NCBI RefSeq assembly: GCF_006345805.1
Contig: NC_042997.1
Coordinates: 10,726,001-10,790,000 of the forward strand
From: Octopus sinensis
Taxonomy: Eukaryota
DNA: 64,000 bases
Direction of reading: 5' to 3'
Both the position numbers and the translations under genes were made by a program. The notes below the pieces were generated by a model that was given only the letters and a program-made list of their open reading frames with translations, ran no database searches and had not been told where the DNA came from. Positions 37,540 through 49,310 of this stretch are shown piece after piece (positions within the stretch are counted from its first letter, which is position 1; each line of letters starts with the position of its first letter).

Positions 37540-38470
37540 AATACTACCTCAATGATATGAAACCCGAGATGTAAATAATTTGATTGAAAAAGTATAACCC
37601 AAATATTTCTCTATACGTTAACAATTATCAATGGATTCAAGAGCTCTACAAACTCAATAAATTAAACATTAACTGCGATATATTTTAAGTTTTTAGCTCT
37701 TATTCTAGGAGAGTCCATCATATATATATCTTTGGATTCTGTGGTAAGTCACTTTGAAGTGGTCAATTACCCCATAGAGATATAGAGTTTTTAAACTTAT
37801 TGAATGCTTGTAGAATTCCATCACATCAGCTAATTTTGAAACAAAATACTCCACTATTCTCCTTAGAAATCCACATGTCCCTCAATTTTACAATTAGATT
37901 CGCCTGGTGATAAAGAATAACACGTCACAGAAACAAGTCATGTAAGGAGAAGTTTTAATTCCAAGAATTCATTTGATCCCGAGATGTGTTCTTTAAATTT
38001 AATTACTTCTTTCATATGCAATGAATATCAACAAAGCACAAGGACAAAGTTTCAAAATAGCTGGAATCAATTTGAAAACATTATTTTCTCCATTGTTAAT
38101 AGTTTGGGGCTTATTCCAGGGTTGAAAACAATAGAAACTTGCTCTTTTGAGCTCCTGATAAACAGGCTTAGAATATTGGTTTCAAATTTTGGCACAAGGC
38201 CAGCGAGTTCGGGAGAAGGGGTAAGTAGACTGTATCGATCCTAGTGCTCAACTGGTATTTATTTTATCGATCTCAAAGGGATGAAAGGCGAAGTCGACCT
38301 CGGCGGAATTTGAACTCAGAGCGTAAAAACGGGCGAACTGCCGCTAAACATTTTGCTAACGTGCTAACGATTCTGCCTGCAGGCCGCCTTAGAAAGGATT
38401 ACAATATTGTATACCAAAAAGTATTGCAACGAACATTAGAAAAGTTGAATAGAAAAATAATTCTTTTCAA
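37540..38470 (+). mobile_element. Helitron PIF1-like helicase C-terminal remnant, interrupted by a SINE
   Basis: LIEKV.PNI, EFLNLLNA.RIPSHQLILK, LLRN, AMNINKAQGQSFKIAGINL, then NIVYQKVL after the SINE; matches Helitron AMSINKAQGQSL..AGINL...NIVY..AL. Confidence 0.8.
38172..38390 (-). mobile_element. Family A SINE inserted in the Helitron remnant
   Basis: Reverse-complement family A head and core. Confidence 0.88.
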
Positions 38471-38816
38471 GTAATTAAGTAAATTAGCAGAGTATATTTT
38501 CAAAGGTAAAAGCATGTTTTCTCAGAAAATATGTTAAATGTATGTAAGAATAAAATTATATTTCCTCTATTTGTCGTGTGTGTGCGTGCGTGTCTCATAT
38601 AAATATACTTCATGTAATTATCTTGATATTACAAGCTGGTATGTTCAGGATACATTTCTATCATAGGTAAATGAGCAAATCAAGCAAGCTGGATACTGAA
38701 GGAAGAGATAGAGACGCCGCTGCACAAAGTCTAAATAAATACTCATATCTATCCTATTTGGATTCATCGTGTAGCCTACTTAGTCAATGCAACTCAATCC
38801 AAAAGGAATCATACAT

Positions 38817-39290
38817 GATAAACTTAGATAAACTTAGACTTAGATATGTTTCGACCAGAGATTGGTCCAGGCCATGTCTAACTTAATAGCACCACCTGAT
38901 AGGATTATTCGAATCCTGTTTAAGTCAAGTTTTGTTCAAGTAGTGAGTTCTTGTTGGGTGAGTTGTATCCATTTTTTGTTCAAGTAGTGAGTTCTTGTTG
39001 GGTGAGTTGTATCCAATTATGGGTGGCTTATCTGGTATTCTTTGAAGGAATCTATCCAGACTCTGTTTAAAGTTGATGGGATCTTTTTCGTCTTTGATCT
39101 CCCTCGGGACAATGTTAAATAGGGCAGGGCCTGTTGAGGAAAAGAAATTATGTTGCAATGTACATGTATGTTGTGATCTTGAATTTGGCAGGGGACGTAT
39201 AGCCCGTTGCCCAAGTCTTGGATGAACCTTGAAGCTAATGTTTAGGTCGTTTGGGCAAAGTTGGCGGTATATTTTCCACATCGTATAAAT
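38817..39290 (-). mobile_element. CR1/L2-group LINE 3' end with (CTAAGT/CTAAGTTTAT)-type tail
   Basis: MWKI...CPND..FKVHPRLG.RA..P..FSSTGPALFN.VPREI...FKQSLDRFLQRIPDKP..GY..NSL is typical of CR1-group ORF2 ends; 3' stem-loop GACCA-atctc-TGGTC then short tandem tail. Confidence 0.8.
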
Positions 39291-40454
39291 GATGTACCGC
39301 TCACGGCGACGCTGGAAAGAAGTTGCTCGAAAAAGATGTCATAAAACCCACCAGTAACAGCATTCAGTACAAATTATATTTCCTTAAAACTCAGAGCTCT
39401 TCTGCCAATGAAGTATGAAAATGAACTTTCTCGGCTGTACTCGCCTCTCTGTGTCTGATTCCAAAACCATAACCTGGATAAGAACGCTCACCTACTATTA
39501 TATCGGTAGCATATTAGCTGACTAAACAGAAGCTCTATCTTATCGATCCATGAAGGATAAAATGCGAAGTCAACCTTAAGGGGATTTTGAACTCAAACAA
39601 ATGCAACAAAGCATTTCAATATATGAAGTCTAGCGCTTTACTAATTCTCCCGATCCATCGCCATTGTTGGTCGAAATCGGTATAATGTTTTAGACGTTGT
39701 CTCGAACCAAAAGAGATGAAAAATAAAACGTCGACTTTGGCAAGATTTCCATTGATACACGTGATCTGTACAAAACTTGGCTCGCCTGAAGCTTTTTTCT
39801 ACGTCCTACCGTTTTCGCCGACTATATTGTCTAAGTGAAGTTTACATGAGTCCAGCAATCTCGATAAGATAAAAGAAAAAGAATCAAATCGAAATTACTG
39901 CCATCTCCAGACTCCCCGAGGAAAATACCTTTTTTGTCTGTGCGCGTGAGAGATAGATAGAGAGACAAAGACTGCAGGTACATATGTGTTCAAATGCGTA
40001 TATAAATGCATAGATGATACGAGACTAATGTCAGCATATCTTTATATTCTTTAACAACTTCACAAAAGAGATATATACTCACTTGCTTACTATTTTAACC
40101 CTAGTATCACTTTTTTTTTAAATTCTTTTTGTCATTCTGTCTCCTGATATGTTAGTGAGTGTATTCAAAGTGTACTTACTTGTTATGTACAAACAGGAAT
40201 CTGAAAATTAGAAAGTAAGGAAGGAAGAAAGAAAGAGAAAGTAAGACTGGAGAAAAAATGAGATATAATAAATAAAAATAACTTGCCCATGCGTGTTTAT
40301 GTTTAACGTATGTATATGTTTGTATATCTGTATGTATGAGTGAATACCATTCAATTCATTATATGTGGTGTGTGTGTGTGTGTGAGTGAAATTTATATAT
40401 TTGATTGTCAATGTATCATATATCCGAATAAGAACACTCTATACTTTATGCTGT

Positions 40455-40534
<80 letters not shown>

Positions 40535-40536
<2 letters not shown>

Positions 40537-40710
40537 CGGGAAGCTTTACGAAAATAAACAAAAGACGAAGGCAGGTGGAATACAAGCAAACAATTGTATT
40601 AGTATGGCGCTCAGGAATATAAATAAAACAAGTCTTTTGCGTTTCGAGCCTACGCTCTTCAACAGGAAGATACACAGAAAAGAAACACAGAAAGAAACAA
40701 GGAGAGAAAG

Positions 40711-40720
<10 letters not shown>
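40535..40720 (-). mobile_element. PLE pseudo-LTR fragment carrying a degenerate minimal type I hammerhead ribozyme
   Basis: Minus strand 40665-40632: CTGTTGA-A-GAGC-gtag-GCTC-GAAA-C-GC-A-AAAGAC. Confidence 0.65.
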
Positions 40721-40745
<25 letters not shown>

Positions 40746-40826
40746 TGTATGTATGTATGTATGTATGTATGTATGTATGTGTATGTATATATACATATAT
40801 ATACATATTCATATACATATATATAT

Positions 40827-41078
40827 GGAGGCGCAGTGGTCCAGTGGTTAGGGCAGCGGACTCGCGGTCGTGGGATCGCGGTTTCGATTCCCAGACTAGG
40901 CGTTGTGAGTGTTATTGAGCGAAAACATCTAAGGCCTCACGAGGCCCTGGCAGGGGGTGGTGGCGATCCCTACTGTACTCTTTCGCCGCTCTTTCTTCTG
41001 TTGGCCTGCTCGCTTGGCCAGCGGGGTGGCGTCATTTGGAGGCTAAAACAATGCAAAGCGATGTATAGTAACATCTGT

Positions 41079-41085
<7 letters not shown>
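40827..41085 (+). mobile_element. tRNA-derived SINE (family D)
   Basis: GGAGGCGCAGTGGTCCAGTGGTTAGGGC A box, GGTTTCGATTCCC B box, GC-rich non-tRNA body. Confidence 0.8.
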
Positions 41086-41122
<37 letters not shown>

Positions 41123-41650
41123 ACAAGGCTGGTTGAGTTTAACCCAAGGCGCTGGGTGAGAATCACTGACGAGCATTAATATGAACGCGAGACTGCTGTG
41201 ATCTGGCTATGCCTAGGTGCTGGAAAGCTTGCACTCTTTGTCAGTCATTTAAGATAAGGTGCTTCTTGTGGCTATGGGTGGTTTTAACTCTTATTTCTAG
41301 CAATGCTGGTGCTGACTAGAGTCTTCAGTCACATTAATGACGTTTATATTTCGGTCGTAAAATTGCGAACAAACCACCCTTATTATTTATAATTTTCACT
41401 TTTACTGTTTAAGACATTAACATATGATTTCTACGATAATTCTTTAAACTGACAAGGCGTTTGTTGTGTTGCATGTATGTATCCATGTAGGGAGACAGGC
41501 ATATAGAAAGATGAGCAATGTTGGTTGTAGGTGCCTAGCTAGAGATGTGTGAAGTTGTGCAAGTGTAGGATAAGAGGTGTAGGAGAAAAGAGTGTATAGA
41601 TGTGAGTGTGATATAGGTGAGAGGGAAGCGTATGTGCATGTATGTAAATA

Positions 41651-42390
41651 CAGGATATTTGAGTTAAATTTGACGACTTTTTGTCTCCTTTTTCAGAATA
41701 GCTTAATGTATTGGTAAAGTCAAAGGCGTTCGAGAGCATAAAGATTAAATTTGTAGTTGGGAAAAAGTTAGCTGACATGGAGGACTGGAAGCCATCTGAA
41801 TATTGGAAAAGAGTTATCTGCATCATGAGGATTCATGCAGAGTACCAAAATGCTGACATCATGACTGATGCTCAATGCTCTGTGAACACCGTAAAAGCTG
41901 TAAGACGTAACATGGACATCATGGAAACCAAGTTGCCCCAAACTGTGATGGTCTTTAGGTACGTCAACGGTGAAGGTAGTGTCATGCCACCCAAAAGCTC
42001 TGAAGAGGGCCTTAGGCTCAGTTCAGATGGTTATGTGAGGCTGTTGGAGACTGTGGGGAAGGTTGCTGCTGGTGGGCTCTATGTGTGACAATATGATTTG
42101 GCTCCTTGCTATACTACCGGAGGATTTCACTAGCCCCAATCTCTGGCATCCTAATTCCTGAGATTGTAATCTCATGGATTATAGTATAGGGTGCGGTTAA
42201 GACGACACCAACCGCTCTTCTTACAACGCCAAGGCAGAGCTGATGGCCAAGATCAAGGATGGATTCGAAGATCTTCCCAGGGACACGGTGAAGAACTCAT
42301 ACGTCTGGTTCCTGAGCTGCCTTGATGCCATGGAGAAAGATGGGGCAGTTATTTTGAGTAACTTGTTGTTGCAACTCTTTCCATTCGCAA
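41651..42390 (+). mobile_element. maT (DD37D) Tc1/mariner element, internally deleted, right TIR missing
   Basis: TA|CAGGATATTTGAG left end; TKLPQTVMVF..V..EG.VMPP...EEGLRL.SDGY, DLAPC.T, FTSPN.W.PNS.DCN.MDY, MAKIKDGFEDLPRDTVKN, GYFE-like end. Confidence 0.85.
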
Positions 42391-42399
42391 TTCCTTGCT

Positions 42400-42885
42400 C
42401 AAAATTCGTTGACAGGAGCTCCAGGACACACCGATCATATCATCAAGTTTGTCAATTGTTCAGTGACAGTCCTCCAAGATCAGTTCATGAATTTTCATGC
42501 TTTCATTCGTTCGGGTGGTCGACGGTCACCCTGAACGAGATTGGTCTTCAGGCGACAGCGGGAAAACCACTCGTAACTTTATGTTTTGTTCATGGCAACG
42601 GTCTTGTAAGCTGTTTGAAGCATGACAACTGTTTCGGCCGCCGTTTTCCCCAGAATTTCACGGAAGCACGCTGTTCCTTCGTTTCAGCCATCGCAAAAAT
42701 CAACAAACAGGGAGAAGCACTGCAAAACAAAGACGCATCACGCGGAAGTATAACCCCACTCGACAACGCCGGTCGACAGACTAATGCTTGAGGGTTGTAT
42801 AAAGTGGCTTCTAACGGCGGAAGCCCGAACAACAATGGGCTTGTTTCACAGAGAGCATTTCCGGTTACGTTTGGGTACACCCTCG
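42400..42885 (-). mobile_element. Mariner 5' half (left TIR + HTH region)
   Basis: Minus-strand TA|CGAGGGTGTACCCAAACG end at 42885; MAETKEQRASVKF followed by frameshifted HTH-region motifs. Confidence 0.85.
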
Positions 42886-43584
42886 TATATTTATTTACAC
42901 GCGCACATATTCACACATGCACACATTTATGTATACAAGGTGTATTTATAGATGAACGTAGATGTGTGTACGTGTGTATGTGTATGTGCATTTCATCAAA
43001 ATTGAAGCTAAAATCTCTTGATGAATGTAGATCAATGCAAGTACATAAAGGTTCTGTTGTCGTAGTGGAGTTTTATTGTTTTGGCAAATGAAAGGATGGA
43101 GGACAAGAGGAAGAGGGGAAGAGAGAAAGAGAGAGAGGGGGAAACGAACATTCTTCTCACAGAAACATGGCCATAAACTATACAAATTCGCAATTATTTC
43201 ATTTCGAACAACGGCGCACCTGATCCAACTAAACTACTCATCGCAATGCAACATAAAACCATTACATTTTATACTATATCACATAGCACCATATTACACT
43301 ATATCATCACAATATGACAAAACAACCGTACACTAACCTACGATTGATCATAATACAATATGACATTACAAACCAATGAAGTAGATTATTTGTTGTCACT
43401 CGATCTACTGGGAAAAGCACCCGAAAATCCCTCTAAAATTAAAGCTTACCGTCTTCAACGAAGAGAAGAAATACGTGTATAGCTCGAAAGACGGGTTGGT
43501 CATAGCTGGAACGCCTTTGTTCATGGGTTTATTTAGGTAGAGTCGGTTTGGGACTTAACAACAACATCACCTAATTAATCATAT

Positions 43585-43786
43585 ATTAGTTTCAAATTTT
43601 GACCAGCAATTTCTAGTGAGGGAGTAAATCGGCTACATCGACTCCAGTGCCCGATTTCATCGATCCTGATAGAATGAAAAGCAAAGTCGACCTCGGCGGA
43701 ATTTGAACTCAGAACGTAAAAATGGACGAAATGAATGCTAAGCATTTTCTCCAGCGTACTAACGATGCTACCAGCTCACCGCCTTA
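43585..43786 (-). mobile_element. Family A SINE
   Basis: GCAAAGTCGACCTCGGCGGAATTTGAACTCAGAACGTAAA ... CCAGCTCACCGCCTT. Confidence 0.88.
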
Positions 43787-45139
43787 TAATTCGCCACATA
43801 TTACACTAAAACCTTCCGTACCAATGTCACAATCTAATCACATCACATCAATTCATACCATAAGCTACAAAATTCTACAAGACAGTATAACATAATCCTG
43901 TATCGCATACCACTTACCTCACATTTTATTAGCTCATATCTCATTGTACAATATAAAATTAACTCCACCCTACCTCACATTTTTGATACCAGATGAAATC
44001 AGACCTTAGCACATCTCTGAAATGACGGTGTAATCATCATTGGGATGTCTTTGATCATAAGTTTGATCGATCGGAGCTACTCTGAATCTAAACAAATATC
44101 ACAATCCTACAATGTATATCAGAACATATCACACCATGCAACTTCACACCATATCACATTTCAAATCGGATACCATCATCATATCTCATTTCATCACTCT
44201 GTCTGTTAGTGATTTCCAAACGATACACCACAAATATTTAGATGTGTTGTGTATCTTTAAAACTAGAGGCATTAGAAAATTTATACAAATGCTTGAACGG
44301 TTTGAAAAACATGTAATTCATGATTTAATCATGATTAATAAAACAAGATAAGCAATGCATGAGGTTAATTCAAGGGAGATAATCATCTCCTCACGATGAG
44401 GTGGGTATTTGTATATAAATTTGAAATTTAGGAATTAAGAAGAAAAAGATGCATAGTATTCACATTCTTAATCTTTTGTTTATTTATTATAAAATTATAC
44501 AATAGTTTTATTTATATTTTGTTTTTGATGTTTAACTTTGAAACAATGTCGTTTAACTTTCTATGCGTTCTTTTTATTTTTATCTTAATCTCCAGTACAT
44601 CGTGATATCAAAATATTTGGGAATCACTACTGCACTATATCACACGGCATCATACGAAAATGCAACATAAGCCAATACACTTTCACTCATCGTACCACAC
44701 GATCTCATAACACATCAGAGCACGTGACAACATACATTATCCAACCACATTATACCGTGGTGAACCAAATCCTGTAATACCTCACTACAGCATATTGTAT
44801 ACATCATATCGCATATCGCCACATTGTAGCCCATTATTGTACTCCATATCAAATCACAGTTTATCGAACCATGACACACCACGCGACACCAGTGATACAC
44901 CATCACATTATACAATTCTACACTATTATATCTGATCACACCAGACTCTACTCCACGACAAAAACCTACATTTCATCAAATTTTAAATCGTATGTTGCAC
45001 GACGTCAATGAGAGAACCTCTTTAAAACTGCTCCACATTTTAGAAATAGTAACCAAATCTACATCAAAGCAGATCTTATCGTCAAAAAAATTAAAAGAAA
45101 GGCAGTACGCCTTGGAAAATGTATCACACACTACCTTTC

Positions 45140-45800
<661 letters not shown>

Positions 45801-46118
45801 AGGAAAATAGTCGAAATGGTCTCAGTCAGAATGTTTTCCATCATAAGTCTTCTCAGTCACGTCTAACTTATGGCTAACAACATTATAACACGTAACATTG
45901 TGTCATACGATACCACCGTATACCATGCTGTACCATAACTTATATAGCTCATCATGTTATACATAGTCTTGGAATAGCTTATACCAAGCCAAGCCTTGCA
46001 TTACGTTAATCGCACTACAACCAGATCATGCTACATCGCACCTTCCGTACTGTTAACTTTACAAAACACTTTGAATCGATTTCGTTTAGTTTCGGCATTT
46101 TGAATCATATCATCTCTT

Positions 46119-46161
<43 letters not shown>

Positions 46162-46423
46162 TCATCTCTCTCAATCTCCTCTCTCCTCTCTCTCTCTCTC
46201 CTCTCTCTCTCCTCCTCTCCCTCTCTCTCTCTCTCTCTCCTTCTTCTCTGTGTTTTCTGTTAACTTTTCCATTAATCTCTGTCTATTTTACCCTCACACT
46301 TTGTTGTCTTTCCGTCTTCAATTTTCCCTCGCTCCATTTTGTGTGTGAGAGCGTGTGTGTGTATGTACATGTGTATGTACATATATTATATATATATGTG
46401 TGTGTGTGTGTATGTGTGTGTGC

Positions 46424-46460
<37 letters not shown>

Positions 46461-46543
46461 ATGTATATACATATGTATATACATACATACATATAAGTAT
46501 ATATATATATATATATTTATTTATTTATTTATTTATTTATTTA

Positions 46544-46586
<43 letters not shown>

Positions 46587-46886
46587 ACAGTTATATAAAT
46601 ACACTTTCACATGCACATATATAGTTGCTTGTGTGTGTGTGTGTGTGGTGAATCGCTCCCTTTTTCTACCTGTCAGATCTAATTAAAACTTACAATTCAT
46701 GACCAGACTATAGAAAAATCTGATATTCGTGTGTTCTGTGATATCTTTTAAATTCAGAAAAATGTGCGCTAGATTTATTGGAAACTTTCATGTTGATCGA
46801 TAGAACCTTTGGATATATCTATCTCGACGATATCCTGCCGTTCTACCAGTCTCTCTCTATCTATCAATCCATCTCTCTCTCTCTCC

Positions 46887-46922
<36 letters not shown>

Positions 46923-47199
46923 ATTTATCTATCTCTCGTTTACTTTACCTCTCCTTGTCTTACTTTGCCGCTCAATATTCTTGTCTTTGACACCGCTCTT
47001 TTTTTCTTCTTTATTGTTCAGCTAGTTTATTTACTTTACTATCTAGCCCTCCACCTCTGTATATCTCAATATCTTTGTCTACTTTTTTCGTATATCTATA
47101 TTTTTATATGGTAGTGAGCGACAAAGAGGCATTGCTCATTACCTCTGCAAACCCTCGCAGACTGGTGCAACAGTATGATTGATATAAACAGTAAAGATT

Positions 47200-47960
47200 G
47201 CACTTCTAAGTATGTTCTAAGCAAGGAAGACTGGTGTGTCGAGCTAGCCATAGTTCGGAGTGTGTGCGGTTAAGATAGATCTTTGTAGTAAGTAGGGAAG
47301 AAACGTTGCATCAGTGAGCTTGTTTGACTTATGTTGGAAAGTGCATCTTTGATAGGAAGTGGAATGGCCATCTTTTGAATGTAGTCAATAAACGGGTTTT
47401 ATTTTTATACATGCGTAGCTGCAATATTCCAGTGTGAATTCTGCAAGAGCTTTGTAGATGGTCATTAAGAGATAAAAACTGAAGTATTTCTTGGTTCTAA
47501 AGGGAATTCTCGTTTTGGGATTTTCGTCAATGTTATATAAGTGGATGAGAGATCATCAGAGATTTTGAAGCCTTGCATTTGTAATGACTTCGTAAGTTTG
47601 AGTTGCTTGCTGTTCCTGACTGAATAGGCTGAAGTATAAGGCAGTTCCATTAATATATGCTGTGACTGTGCCATTGTGTTTGAAATAAACTAGGTTATCA
47701 TATCTTCATTGAAGAATTCTTATGATATTTCTGTCCTTAAATTGTTATTAGTTGCTCGTGAGTATTTTGGCTACGTATAAACAGTGGTTGTGTACAGAAG
47801 CTAAGGAAGAGTGAGAGATGGTGCCATCTGCATATGAGTGTGTTGTTATAGACAACAATGAGTAGATCATTGATGAACATAAAGAAGTGTCTATGAGACT
47901 TGAACGAGCCAAAGTTAGTAGTATAGGTCAAAAACAGCTTCTCTTGCCAATGCTTCGATT
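47200..47960 (-). mobile_element. CR1/L2-group LINE reverse transcriptase remnant
   Basis: GS....FFMFINDLL and THSYADGT (YADD-like), later ISDDLS; many stops. Confidence 0.6.
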
Positions 47961-48379
47961 TGACAAAAAAAATTTTTATTCAATGTATGAAAATGAGGGA
48001 GACTGTAGTCAGCTAACTATATATTCTAAATGCATATACATTTTTGCTATCAAACTACTGTTGTCTCATTGCCAAAAGACCCCTTATCGATCTGTGCGAC
48101 AGTATCCTCTTTAGAACTATAACCATTGAATTTTATCGACATTTCTTCTAGATACTATAGCACATTATCGCACAGCTGCCTTTCGATATTTCAGCTAGTT
48201 GCTTTCTACGAGTCTGGAAACACAACACTTCGATTGTCGTCATGAAAACTGACCACAATGACAACTAGCACATTTGCATTTGAACAACTGGAACGTTGAC
48301 ACTATGTCAGAAGATTGGTGTAGAAGTTTATACAGATTTGCCTGAGGTATCAAGGTTACATATGAATATCACTTGGGTG

Positions 48380-48480
48380 CGAAAGAATAGGGGGAATGAC
48401 GAGTGATATCATCTGCGTAGGAGTGGACGTTGCTAGATGTGAAGGCAAGTAGATTATTAGGGTACATGAGGAGAGTGAGC
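48380..48480 (-). mobile_element. Second short CR1-group RT fragment
   Basis: NLLAFTSSNVHSYADDIT. Confidence 0.45.
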
Positions 48481-48972
48481 ACATGCTACAATAACACGTG
48501 AGTTACCGACAAAAAAAGGAAACAAGAGATCATAGAACCCATAGCTGCACAGTTTTGTCGGGAGAGTCTCATATCATATACAGTTGAAAGCTCTCGTTGA
48601 TATCTAGAACAATAACATTATTTTCTCCAAGTTAATCGAGGCCCGAGCTTCTGCAGTAGATCTGGCTTTACAAAAGCTGTGCTAGGAGTCATTGATAAAG
48701 GAAATAAATTTAAGGTGTTAAAAAAGATTATTGTTGATTGATATCCTGTCAGCATTTTCTTTCTTATTTCAACTATATTTGGCTATATATGTATGCACGT
48801 AAGTACGTGCGTATGTATCTATTTATGTTTGTACGTATGTGTGCAGGTATGTGCGTATGCATGCATGAATGTATGTATGTACGTACGTATGTATGTATGT
48901 ATGTATGTATGTATGCATGCATGCATGTATGTATGTATGTATGTATGTATGTATGTATGTATGTATGTATGT

Positions 48973-49310
48973 GAAGGCGCATGGCTCAGTGGTTAGAGCG
49001 TCGAGCTTACGATCGTGAGGTTGTGAGTTCGAATCCCAGACCGGCCTGCGTGTTGTGTTCTTGAGCAAGACACTTTATTTCACGTTGTTCAAGTTCACTC
49101 ATCTGTAGAAATGAGTTGCGACGTCACAGGTGCCAAGCTGTGTCGGCCTTTGCCTTTCCCTTGGATAACATTAGATGGCGTGGAAAGGGGAGGCCGGTAT
49201 GCATGGGCGACTGCTGGTCTTCCATAAACAAGCTTGCCTGGACTTGTGCCTGGGAGGGTAACTTTCTAGGTGCAAACCCATGGTCTGTGTCGTGACCGAA
49301 GGGCGTCTCA
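48973..49310 (+). mobile_element. tRNA-derived SINE family C between (TATG)n arrays
   Basis: TGGCTCAGTGG A box, GAGTTCGAATCC B box, GTGTTCTTGAGCAAGACACTT core. Confidence 0.88.

Noticed and set aside
38835-38875. Minus-strand stem-loop followed by GAAAC as a hammerhead
   Set aside because: No CUGANGA upstream; fits the ordinary 3' stem-loop of a CR1-group LINE.
48973-49045. tRNA gene (also 19537, 40827 and family A/B heads)
   Set aside because: A and B boxes are present but no proper acceptor stem, and each continues into a multi-copy SINE body.
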